Positions 13,601 to 30,797 of a stretch of 64,000 nucleotides of DNA are shown here, piece after piece (position 1 is the first letter of the stretch; the number at the start of each line of letters is the position of its first letter). Position numbers and translations under genes: made by a program. Below the pieces are notes generated by a model, which worked only from the letters and a program-made list of their open reading frames with translations, was not told where the DNA came from and did no database searches. Source of the stretch: Octopus sinensis (lineage: Eukaryota); contig NC_043002.1 in assembly GCF_006345805.1 (NCBI RefSeq), positions 12,834,001 through 12,898,000 of the forward strand. Reading direction: 5' to 3'.

Positions 13601-14110
13601 TTCTTCTTCTTTCTTCTTCTTCTTCTTCTTCTACTCTACTCTTCTACCTCTTAACTTTATCACTAATGCTTTTTAGTATAACACCTACGCAAATTCCATA
13701 AACAAATCTTTCAATAGAAATATTCTCCTGAATTGAACTGCAACTGCTAGCCGCCACTGACCATTCAAAATACGACCATCAAGGCACTCCCAAATATTTC
13801 CACCCCCTCTCCTCATCAACCTCCTCCTTCTTCTACCCTACCAAGAATTCACAATGGCCTCGAACAAACAAGTGCAAACAAGGGAGACAAAGAAAGGCAG
13901 AATGCCACTTATATTTGAACACTATACAAATATTCCTTTAAAAAAACATTTCTTTTAATTTTTCTAAATTTAATTATTTAATCGTTACAGTTGAAAAGGT
14001 CTCAAAATGACCGAAACCGGTACTGAAATGTTCTTTATAAAAATATTTTAGCATTTTCTATTTTGACTTGTTTTTTCATATATATCAACTCGTGTGTTCC
14101 ATTTCACCCT
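10685..14110 (+). mobile_element. Penelope-like element (probably Neptune clade), degenerate, embedded in (TA)n
   Basis: LSKGLKF, KEADKGSAVV, PKIHK, RPII, FDVVNL, AMGT, RYLDD, LPFLD, YYKPT; degenerate Cys linker; GIY-YIG endonuclease LIYTLTC..YLGQT..LRKRM..H; long 3' UTR with (TCT)n and a hammerhead-like motif. Confidence 0.92.
13988..14025 (+). ncRNA. Hammerhead-like motif at the Penelope 3' end (variant core)
   Basis: CAG TTGAAAA GGTC tcaaaat GACC GAAACCGGTA CTG: stem I CAG/CTG, stem II GGTC/GACC, palindromic stem III ACCGGT; core deviates from CUGANGA. Confidence 0.6.
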
Positions 14111-14111
14111 T

Positions 14112-14212
<101 letters not shown>

Positions 14213-14535
14213 GTATGTATATGTATGTTGTTTTACTTAATTTAAAATATATATACACACTAATTATGCAACTATTTAACTATATTTATAGAAACAAATA
14301 ATACTTAGGCCTATAGTACCGTAGACGTACTTATCTCAAGGCGTGTATATACATATATGCATATATATACGCATACATACATTTATACACATTTGTGATA
14401 TGTAGGAGTGTTAATGCATTAACCAAGCTTAGCCTTCTTAACATGTGGTTCTTGGGAATATAGTGGCTCTTGGAGAAAGTTTGATTGTTTAGACACACAT
14501 ATATATAGATATAGTTCTATATAAAAAGATTCCAC

Positions 14536-14790
14536 GGGCATACGGGGTAGTTGTTAAGAGCTCGAGCTACTAACCCCAAGATTCCGAGTTCGATTCCAAG
14601 CAGTGACCTGAACAACAACAATAATAATAATAATAATAACAACAGCATCGAAAGATACCCTAGGAATGAGAACCCAGGTTCGAAATTTCTCCAAGACACT
14701 TGATGAAGGATGGAGGGTATATCAGCCGAAACGTTGTGTTAACAAAATACAAGATGAGGACAAATATCCGTCTAATGTAAATAATGTAAA
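14536..14790 (+). mobile_element. tRNA-headed short element carrying a hammerhead motif (14695..14740)
   Basis: tRNA-like head with GAGTTCGATTCC, (AAC/AAT)n, then GACAC tTGATGA A GGaTG..CAGCC GAAACGTT GTGTT, tail (AATGTAAAT)n. Confidence 0.7.
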
Positions 14791-15409
14791 TAATATATAT
14801 AAATGTCTTTGTAATTTGTTTTTTAAAACTTAACTATTGAAGGACCCTTCTGTTTTATCCTTCTCACTTAAATTATCGAAATTGGAAAGTGAATACTTAA
14901 TCATATTACTGTCTCACTTTGCTATTGAAAAAAAACAAACATGAACGACCAATTCACATAAAGCTTTATTTATCTATTGTATTTCGGGACGGTCATTTTT
15001 TATTACTTGTTTTGGTAAATAAAAACACGCACTATATATTCGTTCTTCACCTGTTTATTTCTGTTTTTATTCTAAGTCCATTGTCCGGAAATCATTCAGT
15101 CTTTCTAACTCTAGAGATATTTCAAAGTCAACCAAGGTCAAAGAGTTAGAAATAAACCTCAGTGGTAACGAAATGGTATGTACAGGTCTGTGCATGGCTT
15201 CTTGACAGTAATGTGAATTAAAATTATTTCATTACCAGGTGTTCTTTTACTCGTTTCAGTCATTTAACTGTGGCCATGCTGGATCACCGCCTTTTTGTCG
15301 AAGAAATCGACCCCTGGACTTATTCCTTGTAAGCCTGGAGCTTATACTATCGGTCTCTTCTGCCGAACCGCTAATGTTACGGGGGCCATAAACACATCAA
15401 CATCGGATG

Positions 15410-15467
<58 letters not shown>

Positions 15468-15703
15468 GAAGGGCTTCTTTCAGTTTCCGTCTACCAAATC
15501 CACTCACAAGGCTTTGTTTGAACCAAAGCTATAGTAGAAGACACTTGCCCAAGGTGCCACGCAGTGGGGCTGAAGCCGGAAATGAACCATGTGGTCGGTA
15601 AGCAAGCTTCTTATCACACAACCACGCCTGCGCCTAGGAGAACTGAAGGAAAATCCTTTGGTAGACGGAAACTAAAAGGAGCCCGTCGTATATACATACA
15701 TAT

Positions 15704-15841
<138 letters not shown>

Positions 15842-16129
15842 GGATAGATAGATAGATAGATAGATAGATAATTAATAATAATACATAAAAAGTGTGTTAT
15901 TGTCTCGAAGATTTTCATGGTAGTTGAAAAGTCATTAGCGTCTATTTCTAATTCAGTACGAGGCGAAGCAATTGGCTGAGCCCTGATTATAAATAAGTAT
16001 ATAATTATAGAATATTTTGTATATTTCACGTAAAAAGGTTTTTTTAGCGTTCTGACTACTCGGTAAAATTATTATTCTTTAATTATTTAATCAATTTTAC
16101 TCACTCTCTCTCTCTCTCTATATATATAT

Positions 16130-16207
<78 letters not shown>

Positions 16208-16229
16208 GTGTATATATACATGTATATAT

Positions 16230-16277
<48 letters not shown>

Positions 16278-16298
16278 ATATATACTTGTATATATATT

Positions 16299-16352
<54 letters not shown>

Positions 16353-16388
16353 CATATAGGAAAAAAGCAACAAGAATGGATCAAAATA

Positions 16389-16473
16389 TCGGTACAATTG
16401 TTTCGTACGAAGACATCTTTAATAAGGCTACAAAAATTGCAGTAAATATAGGTGGCTCGTACTCATCAGCCGA
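16389..16473 (-). ncRNA. Type I hammerhead ribozyme motif, canonical core
   Basis: TCGG CTGATGA GTACGA...TCGTAC GAAAC AATT GTA CCGA. Confidence 0.82.
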
Positions 16474-16769
16474 AAAAACATCCGAGATTTCCAAACATCA
16501 AAGGGGGTAAAGTTACACTCGTGAAACATCATGGAAAGTTCTATAAAAATGGAAATTTAGATAAGAAATTGGTTTCTAAGATTTCAATTAGTATTACACA
16601 GTCATATATCAGGTTTTTAAAAAGTATTTTCAAAACATCTTAGTTTTCCAGGAAGTGAAGAAAAAGGTGAGGGTGTGAATATATCCTTATTGAAGAAAGT
16701 TGGATTCCTGGAGATATGATGAGAATTATTGTACTCACAGAATATGCGTTTGTCCATATATAGTTTATT

Positions 16770-16855
16770 TCGCCTGATGGGTACGAGCCATCTATATTTA
16801 CTACAATTTTTGTAGCCTTATAAAAAGATGTATTCTTACGAAACAATTGTACCGA
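16770..16855 (+). ncRNA. Hammerhead motif, inverted and slightly mutated copy of 16389..16473
   Basis: TCGc CTGATGg GTACGAG...TtAC GAAACAATTGTA CCGA; part of a ~125-bp inverted repeat 16356..16480 / 16763..16888. Confidence 0.7.
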
Positions 16856-17006
16856 TATTTTGATCCATTCTTGTTGCTTTTCTCCTATTTGTAATCTCCC
16901 CACTTTATCGTATGGTTAACACCGAATAGATTTCTTGTGTATCCTAGTCAAGTACCATATTCATGTGAATTCAATAGAACTCATTTGAATCTTAAGTTCT
17001 TAAACC

Positions 17007-17053
<47 letters not shown>

Positions 17054-18389
17054 CACTTCGTCGGTTGCGACGATCAGAGTTCCAGCTAATCCAAACGATG
17101 TCCTTATCGTGAAATTACGTTGCTGAGCACTCCATAAACATGCATACACTTATCTTAGTTTCTTTGAATGAATATCTTAAAAGGAAACTCTCTAAGAAAT
17201 CCCATCATATTCATACATACACGTCTGTGCTAACTACATCCCCAAGGATGGAGCCTTGTATCTTTGCTGAAAACCGGCTCCCTCCTCAGTGGAAGATTTA
17301 TAATCATTAGAAAATTGAAGACACACGCACTTGCTATTGGTTAGCTCCCCTGATCTGTATATTTATTTTGAAATCCTGCGTAACCTTGCGTTGTTTCGTG
17401 TCTTCTCAAACAAAACGGACGTTATTACAAGTTTCATTATTTATCCATAAATAAATGATATTTATTCACCAATGCAATGTTGAGTATTCATTCTCAGATT
17501 TCGATACTAACGTCTATATATATGTAAGTGTGTGTGTGTGTGTGTGTGTGTGGAGGTGCAATGGCCCAGTGGTTAAGGCAGCGGTCGTGAGGTCGCGGTT
17601 TCGATTCCCAGACCGGGCATTGTCAGTGTTTATTGAGCGGAAACACCTAAAGCTCCACGAGGTTCCAACAGGGAGTGGTGGCGGATCCTGCTGTACTCTT
17701 TCACCATTACTTTCTCTCATTCTTTCTTCTGTGTTTCTGTTGTACTTGTATTTCAAAGGGTCAGCCTTGTGACACACTGTGTCACGCTGAATCTGCACGA
17801 GAACTTCGTTCAGGACACACAGCCACTTACACGTTACTTTTCCGAGCAGTCTGTTCCGTTGATCGGATAAACTGGAACCCTTGTCGTAGTAACCGATGGA
17901 GTGCCACGACATGTGTGTGTGTGTGTGTGTGTGTTTGTTAGTTTGTTTGCACCTCCGTGACCTAGCGGTTCGGCTAAAAGACTAATAGGAAAAGCATCAA
18001 ACTTAAGTCGAAGTTTTTGACGAAAATCCCTTGAAGGCGCTGACCCACCATAGTCGCAGCCCAATGACTGAAAGCAGTGTTATAGAACTTACCAGCTGTA
18101 ATCAAAAAGTATCCAACCTTTTTTTTATTTTGCACAAAATAACAAAGCGTGAGCAAAATCTGCATGGGTATACGCAAAGATTTCCCCCTGCAGTGATGTG
18201 TTGGGTACAGCCTTGAAGTGTGCTGTGAGATTGTTAAAGTCAAATTTAAAAAAAATATTACTTGCTTTTTGGCCAAAGTTCGGATAATGTTTGTCTACAC
18301 CTAGTATTTGTAAATTTATTGGAATTTATAAATATTATGCACTAAAATGTTTCAGAATTCAAAAATTAAAGAAATGGATGAAAATCAGA

Positions 18390-18508
18390 TTTGCAGTTTT
18401 AAAGAACTTTATTTTTCACAAAAAAACATTTCTAAAAGTTATTGTATTTCAAGTCTTACTGGTTACAGAAAACAGCCTTGCGATAATTGCTGATCTTGAA
18501 ACGCAATT
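18390..18508 (-). other. Gene B exon 3: last 2 nt of stop codon (T|AA) + 3' UTR with AATAAA at 18408..18413
   Basis: Acceptor TTTTGTATATTTCAG|AATTGCGTTTCAAGATCAGCAATTATC aligns with the gene D counterpart TTTACATTTCAG|AAATGGTTTAAAGATTCAGAAATGATC; both have AATAAA about 100 nt downstream. Confidence 0.8.
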
Positions 18509-19572
18509 CTGAAATATACAAAATATGAATATATATATAGATATAAAAAAGATATAAAATTGCTTTAAAAAATCTAGAAGTTAATCTTATCTTCCTTGTA
18601 GGTAAAAGACTTAAATTAGAAAATTGCGATCAAGTGTCTATAGTATTTGCATAATTTACTATTTTTCTTTAGCCCTGGGCACATCGGAACGCTTAATCAA
18701 TTACCATGGCATATTACTGACGAAGATCAAAACATTACATATGAACGTGACTTTGGTCCATCACAGTATATAAGGCCAGCAATTTCCAATGACGATAGAA
18801 GCCGATACCAATAACACCACTTTATGTTCATTTTTTTACTGCCCACAAGGGGCTATACACAGAGGTGACAGACAAGGACAAACAAACGGTTTAAGTTTAT
18901 TATATCGACCCCAGCGCGTAACTGGTACTTATTTAATCGACCCCGAAAGGATGAAAGGCAAAGTCGACCTCGGCGGAACTTGAACTCAGAACGTAGCGGC
19001 AGACGAAATACCTATTTCTTTACTACCCACAAGGGGCTAAACACGGAAAGGACAAACAAGGGACAAACTTGAACTCAGAACGTAACGGCAGACGAAATAC
19101 GGCTATGCATTTCACCCGGCGTGCTAACGATTCTGCCAGCTCACCGCCTTGCATAATCATTTCTACTACAGGAACAAGGCCTGCAATTTTGTGGAGGGTA
19201 TTAGTCGATTGCATGAACCCCAGTATTTCACTGGTACTTATTTTATCGACCTCGAATGGATGAAAGGGTGAAGTTATACTCGGCGGAATTCGAACTCGAG
19301 TATAAACAGCCGGAACAAACAAACCTAAGCATTTTATCCGACGCTCTAAAGGGATTGATAACTCACCGTTTTAAACGGTTTCAAATTTTGATAGAAGGCG
19401 AATCATAGAGGAGTTAATGTTTGTCCAATTTCCGTCCCATCTATCGAAAACATTCTGATAGTTTTACTATTACTATTGCCGCTAGGACTCTAGATCTTTC
19501 TGTAATGCGATAATTTAGAAATAAACGTGTCAAACGAAATATGATAAAATGAGATATAAAGAAGTTACTTAC

Positions 19573-19752
19573 ATTGGTTTTGACAATATGGCGGACGAAT
19601 TTCGCTACATCTTTGAGTTTGGGGGTCAAAGTAAAGATTGAATTGACACGGCATGGAAGGGTATGAGTTACGCTTGAAACAGGGAATATACCTGTGGCAG
19701 TCACTAGGGTCACGGTTCATCCCGGTTGGGTATTGGTTACAGAGTGGATCAT
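19573..19752 (-). CDS. Gene B exon 2: second CBM14 domain
   Basis: CAG|AT...T|GTAAGT, 180 nt; (D)DPLCNQYPTGMNRDPSDCHRYIPCFKRNSYPSMPCQFNLYFDPQTQRCSEIRPPYCQNQ. Confidence 0.9.
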
Positions 19753-20609
19753 CTGAAGAGAAAATGTATTAATAAAGATTTAATGCAAGCGCGATAATTA
19801 ATTTTGGTCATTTCTTGATTTTTAGAAAATGTAGTCACCTGAAATAGAGTCAAATGATACAATATAAAATAAAAGTCTACCACTATATACATCAGTTCAC
19901 ATATATACAAATGCAGATATATATTACTTCCGGTTTTCGTAGAGGAAAGACTCGTTTGCTTTTGCTCTGTGAAAAAAACAAGAAGATTTGCATAAATCGA
20001 CGAAATAATCTACTAAAACTAACAAAACGTAGAACTTGTTAACTCATAACGATCTACTAAAATACGTTAATTAAAAATATATTAATTAAAAACGTAATAT
20101 ATTTCGCTTGAAGCCAAATATAATACATTAAAGTTAGTTACGCATGCTAGATTCTTCGCCGAAAAAGCACGTGGTGGCAAGTCTTTAACTTATCTCCAAC
20201 CAAATGTAAGAGGAAAAAGAATTGTTCTCTTTTCTGTTTTGAAAGAAAACTTCTTCGTACAAGCACGAAGGTTTGGACTGTATTTTTTACGATAAGTAAC
20301 GTTTTCATATTTTTGTTTATTATTTTTTATTTTCCTTTAATGTAAGCTAACATCTCAGTTACGATTTACGACGCCATCTTTGTTTACATTCTGAGAATAA
20401 CTTTCTTTCAATTTCTGTTTCGCTTTCAATCTATCTTTCATTTTATCTCTATAAAACTAATATTTAAAAATTCTTTTCATATGTGTATTTTCATGTCAGC
20501 TACGACTGAGCTAGAAATATAATCGTAATTTTATCGTAATTTCATTCTCTCTCTATAAAACTAATATTTAAAAATCCTTTTCATTTGTTTATTTTCCTGT
20601 AATTTAAGC

Positions 20610-24541
<3,932 letters not shown>

Positions 24542-24543
24542 TG

Positions 24544-24603
<60 letters not shown>

Positions 24604-24912
24604 GATAGTGCTCATGGGAACTGCTCATATCCTACGCAAAATACTTTTTATGTAATCTCAAGTTTTAAAACAAACAACTTTCGTATGGTTTTTTAGGCAT
24701 TCACTAATACAACACAAAGTACAAAACCAAATATATGGCACCCTAGGCATAACACCAACACGAACTTCCAACTTGTTGTTTCTTGAGGTCTCTGGGTAAG
24801 AATTGGAGCCAGCTTGTGCAAATGTAAAGCAAAAGTCAAACATAAAATAATAATAATATTAATAATAATAATAATAATAATAATAAAAATAAAAATAATA
24901 ATAGTAATAGTA

Positions 24913-24970
<58 letters not shown>

Positions 24971-25258
24971 TAATAATAATAATATTAATAATAATAATAA
25001 TAATAATAAATAAATGCGCCCTTTTAAAGCCTAGCAAGACTCATGGGCCCGGTTTCCCGGTTTCTGTGGCGTATGTGTTCCCCAGCTGGACGGAACGCCA
25101 GTCCATCGCAGCGTTACTCATTTTTGCCAGCTGAGTGGACTGGAGCAACGTGAAATGAAGTGCTTTGCTCAAGAACAGAACGCGACACCCGGCCCAGGAA
25201 TCGAAACCACAATCTTACGATCATGGTGCTGACACCCTAAACACTAAGCCAAGCGCCT

Positions 25259-25324
<66 letters not shown>

Positions 25325-25327
25325 ATC

Positions 25328-25359
<32 letters not shown>

Positions 25360-25551
25360 TATAATAATAATAACCCTTTCTAATCTAAGCACAAAGCTTG
25401 GAATGTTGGGGCAGGGTCCAGTCGAGTAGATTGACACCAGTACACAACTGGTACTTTCTTTTTCGACCCCGAAAGGATGAAAGACTTAGTCGACCTCGGC
25501 GGAATTTGAACCCAGAATGGATGAAATTTCACTTCACATTTTGCCCGGCGT

Positions 25552-26779
25552 GCTGACAGGATCTAGGATGCATCACCCAAAATCTAACATACAAAGGGTA
25601 TATATACAACGTATAGAAGGTGGTAGAGGCCTTATACAGCTGGAAAACTACTATAATATAACTACCATAGGACTGCAAAAATATCTACTTCAGAAGGAAG
25701 GAAAACTGATACAAATAGCGGCAAAACACGAGCAAAGCAAAAAACTGTTCTCAGTATTTAAGGAAGGTGACAAATACAGACAAGAAATCATACCACCTAA
25801 CAAATATGAAAAAGAAGAAGAAAATGAAGAAACAACAAAAGCTATAAAACAAATGAAATCCAAACTAAAAATAGAACAGCAACGAACCATGATAAAACGA
25901 TGGCAAGAAAAGCCCCTTCATGGTAAATACTGGACTAAACTAAATGCAAAAGAAATAGACAAAGAAAAATCTCAGCAATGGTTGAGAAGCTCAGGACTCA
26001 AAGCAGAGACAGAAGGATTTTTAATTGCAACACAAGACCAAAGCCTCCCCACCAGAAATTACCAAAGACATGTAATGAAAAGAAATATAACAAGTAACTG
26101 CAGAATGTGTGGAGATGGACAAGAAACAATAAATCATATTATCTCTGGCTGCCCAGTCCTGGCTAAGAAGGAATATATAATCACAGACACGACGGAGTTG
26201 GGACCTACATACACTGGAAGCTATGCCAACATTATGGAATAACAACAGAAAAACGATGGTATAGGCACACACAAGAAAAGGTCACAGAAAACGAGAAAGC
26301 AACCATACTCTGGGATATGCCAATACACACAGATAGAGAAATTAAGGCCAACAGACCAGATATAGTTGTCAGAGATCATGAAGAAAAAAATGCTTTCTAA
26401 TTGTTGTGTGAATACCAGCAGATGACAACGTATCTCTAAAAGAAATGGAGAAACTTTCAAAATACAAAGACCTGGATATAGAGGTAACCAGAATGTGGAA
26501 TCTAAAAACAGAAACAATACCTATCATAACAGGTGCATTAGGCATGATAAAAAATATAGCAAAAACACCAAAACATATAACATACAGAAAATAACATACA
26601 GTATAACATACACATATAACATACGGAAAATTGCACTACTAGGCACTGCACACATCCTACGTAGAGCACTTTCAATACAGTAGCCATCAGAGCACCACAA
26701 ATCACAACACATACCCAAGGCACACTGAGCTGCGCTCGGTAGTGAAGTGAAAGCACGCTATAAAAATAAAATTACTGAG
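25552..26779 (+). mobile_element. R4/Dong-like LINE, paralogue of 7715..8908
   Basis: ORF 25517..26242 with the same motifs. Confidence 0.85.
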
Positions 26780-26828
26780 TAATAATAATAATAGCAATAA
26801 TGATAAATATATAGATAAAGAAACTTAC

Positions 26829-27105
26829 CGAATCTTCCTCCATAAACTGGTTTGTCGCAGTCATCATATTGGCTGCCCCGCCACACACAGACTTGTTGAG
26901 ATTGAGAAAACACAGTTCGATAACCACATGCCATCGGTATGGGAAACATTGCATTACATAAGTAGAATTCACTGCAGTTATTTGGTGATCGGACAAAATG
27001 TGATCCGGCTCTAATTTGTGTCTGCTGACACAGAGTCATGATACTTTGACTGTAGACTGTTGACACTGCGATCAAGAGAATGGCGGCCACAAAACGGAAC
27101 TCCAT
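26829..27105 (-). CDS. Gene B exon 1: signal peptide + first CBM14 domain (full CDS join 26829..27105, 19573..19752, 18507..18508; 152 aa)
   Basis: ORF 26758..27105; donor G|GTAAGT after 277 nt; 277+180+2 = 459 nt = 152 codons + TAA. Confidence 0.92.
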
Positions 27106-27216
27106 TTTATCAATTATAAAATCGAACGAGAGTTAAGACGAATGGCTTGCAAAAACGCTATCACAACAGACTAGTAACCTTCTGTAAATGTGACTCAGAT
27201 CCCTTAGAGTGAGCGT

Positions 27217-27224
27217 CTTATATA
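27217..27224 (-). promoter_or_regulatory. TATA box of gene B
   Basis: TATATAAG followed about 25-30 nt downstream by initiator-like TCACATT. Confidence 0.75.
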
Positions 27225-27531
27225 GGCCTTAAATAGGGTTAGGGTGAGGTTTTGAATTAGAATTAGGTAGTAATTCAGGTTCTTTTTTTAAAATTGATCT
27301 AATATTTGGACTTACTTCTTCAAGCTAACAGGCCCCCGCCTAACGACCGTATTAGACAACTATTTAATCTGTGTTGTCATTGTTGTAGTTGTTGACGTTG
27401 TTGTTGTTTTCCTTCTCCCCCTCCTCCTCCGCTTCCTTCTACCTTCAGATTAGTCATCAGTTATGTCAATGGTGATGAAGGAAATGGCCTTAGCGTTTTA
27501 TTGATAGTTATTATTGTCTTACAATTGATAC

Positions 27532-27603
<72 letters not shown>

Positions 27604-27612
27604 TGTGTATGC

Positions 27613-27643
<31 letters not shown>

Positions 27644-27871
27644 AATATATAAATATAAATGTATATATGTACATATATATTTATTACTATATATATATGC
27701 CTGTAAGTATTTATATACATATATTCTTATATATATGCATGTAAATATTGATATATATATGTATATATATAAATATATGTATATAAATAAATAAATCTAT
27801 GTGAATATATATATACATATACATAGATATGTATATACACACATGCACACACCCACACGCACACACACGCA

Positions 27872-27953
<82 letters not shown>

Positions 27954-28695
27954 CATACACACACACGCACGTATAAAATAGACTTTAATTGAAATACAGT
28001 TTCCCCGAAATTAAACATATCTAATGTAATAAATGTGAATGTGAGTGTGTCACGCTTTTTCAACTTTGATAAATCTTTTCTACTGCAAGTACATGGACTC
28101 ATATTTTTCGGGAAGGGATTAAGTCTATTCCTTCAACCCCAGTGCGTAACTGGTACTTATTTAATCGACCCTTAAAGGATGAACGACAAAGTTGACCTCG
28201 GTGGATTTCGAACGCAAAACCTAATGGCAGACGAAATACCTTTTTCTTTACTACCCACAAGGGGCTAAACACAGAGAGGACAAACAAGGACAGACAAACG
28301 GATTAAGTCGATTACACCGACCCCAGTGCGTGACTGGTACTTAATTTATCGACCCCGAAAAGATGAAAGGCAAAGTCGACCTCAGTGGATTTCGAACGCA
28401 AAACCTAACGGCAGACGAAATACCTATTTCTTTACTACTCACAAGGGGCTAAACACAGAGAGGACAAACGGATTAAGTCGATTACACCGACCCCAGTGCG
28501 TCACTGGTACTTAATTTATCCACCCCGAAAGGATGAAAAGCAAAGTCGACCTCGGCGGAATTTGAACTCAAATCCTAACGGCAGAGGAAATACCTATTTC
28601 TTTACTACCCACAAGGGGCTAAACACAGAGAGGACAAACAAGCACAGACAAACGGATTAAGTCGATTATATCGACCCCAGTGCGTAACTGGTACC

Positions 28696-29253
28696 AATTA
28701 TGTCCATGGTTGTTGAACTCAACATGTCAACGAATACAGGCTTTTCATCCATATTATAAATCTGGTCAGCATTCTTATCTGCTGTTAATACTGGAATGCT
28801 ATCCAGATAGTCACTTGCGATTTGTGCCTTTTCTCCAAGTGTTTTATTGTTTGCTTGCCCAACATGTGTAATCTTTCTCACAGTCAGTTTATTTTGTTTC
28901 ATGAAATTGAAAACCCATTCATCAGAACATCTAAAGTTCTTCATTTCAATTCCAAACCCTTTTACCAATTCAAAAGTATATTCCCGTAAACGACGATCAT
29001 TTACAATTATATTGTTCGCACGCTGAGTAACAATCCACTGTAAGAGTTCACTTTGTAGATCTCTATGTGTTGGTCCTCTACATCCAACAATTGATCAGCG
29101 CTTCCTCTTGTTTGACATATTGATTAATTCAGTTCCTTTTGTGCACCATTCTATCAATTGTTTTCTATCAATACCTAAGTACTTTGATGCAACTGACAAA
29201 TTGCCAGAATGTTCTTTCACTCATTTAATAGCACTCATTTTTTCACTAATAGT
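28696..29253 (-). mobile_element. pogo/Tigger-like transposase internal fragment
   Basis: ORF 28666..28968 FRCSDEWVFNFMKQNKLTVRKITH...IYNMDE (CENP-B-type HTH + start of the DDE domain); no TIRs seen. Confidence 0.8.
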
Positions 29254-30494
29254 AGGATGAAAGGCAAAGTCAATCTCGGCGGAATTTGAACTCAGAACGT
29301 AACGGCAGACGAAATACCGCTATGGATTTCGCCCGGCGTGCTAACGATTCTGCCAGCTCGAACGCCTTAATATAATCTATTATATACATTGGACTTGGGC
29401 GGTCGTTGTATTCTTGTATTCTTTCTTTCTTGTCTTGAGGTTCACAGCCAAACGGCTGGGTGGATTCGCGTGACAAATGGCACACAGGTGTAGACGTTAG
29501 TATTTCTTTCCTAGACCCCATAGTTACCGAGAAAATCGATTAAAACCTTCTCTAATGGAAATTCCCATTCAAAGGTGATTGCGCCTGCCATTCAGCTGTG
29601 CTTTGGGCGAGTTTGATCAAACCAATTTTGTGAGATAGAGCGATTTTTTCTACATATAATGGGGCGGGTTCGCTTTTCAAAAATTTCACTACAAAGGGAA
29701 GAAAAAATTAGGATTTTTTTTTTTTTTTTTCACTATTTTGCGCAAAGCTGAGAGTAAAAGAGCAGAAGGGTTTATCATTTCACATGCAGCGAGAAATTTG
29801 CAATGTATGCAAGCTGCTTCGTATCAAAAGGTGTCAATCGATTTCTGTGTTAAGGTTACATGTATGTTTGGATACTTATTAAGTCACTTAGCCTGCACAA
29901 GTTAAAATTTTGTGATCTGAGGTTCGAATACCAGCAAGCTCATATGCATTTTTGAGTTTATAGTAATTGTAGATTAAAATCAATGTGGAAAAATAATGAA
30001 AAATATTTATGCAACTATTTATGTTCTACATTGACCAAAGTCATATATAATAAAATGGTTTTAGAGCCATTTTTGAGTTACATTCACACATTTTCATTGC
30101 ACTAGAGCAGATTCATCGACTACTTCAGCTGGACAAACCGACTGAAACCAATCTTTTCACCAAGAATTCTCACAATGCTGTTTAAAAAGTAGCTGTTTCT
30201 TTGTCGCTTTTTGGGCAAGAATTATCTTTTTCGGGTGACTGCGTTGACTTTAGTTATCTATACGCATATTGACGACTCAAGCTAACGATTGTTTGGCGTA
30301 CAAGGAAAAAAACCTGACTTTAATTCAAACTATTATAACATAAAATAGATTAACGAATGCCAAACCAATCCTGCATTCGCTTTCATTAACTTCCAATTTT
30401 ATTTGCTTAACTTAACAATACGTGAAAGTATTTTTCATTTTGGCCAGCTGTGTTAACATATTTTTAAAATATAATTGCCTTCTGGGCAAAAACG

Positions 30495-30797
30495 TTGCTT
30501 GCTCCCAATACGAGACATAATAAAAAATTATACTCCCGAGTTCTGCAAGCAACCATCTTGAATGGACCGGCCGCTGATCAAGATGTTCTTATAACTCCAA
30601 TGTCCTTCACTCCCTCTGATACGATCTACAAGTTCAAGCGACTTCAATTTCCCATCAAACTCTGCTTTGCAATGACAATAAATAAGGCACAGGGTCAATC
30701 ATTGCAAATGGTTGGTTTAAATCTGACAGAGCAAGTGTTTTCCCACGGTCAACTTTACGTTGGATGCTCCCGTGTAGTCAGGCCGCAAAGTCTATAG
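30495..30797 (+). mobile_element. Helitron PIF1-like helicase C-terminal fragment
   Basis: FKRLQFPIKLCFAMTINKAQGQSL..VGLNL...FSHGQLYVGCSRV; a Helitron-like TCTATTATATA start at about 29376 may mark the element's 5' end. Confidence 0.85.

Noticed and set aside
18600-18815. Plus-strand mini-intron and exon (GTAAAA..TTTCTTTAG|CCCT), echoed at 38041..38100
   Set aside because: Downstream frames are not conserved between the two sites; better explained as residual intron 2 homology between paralogues.
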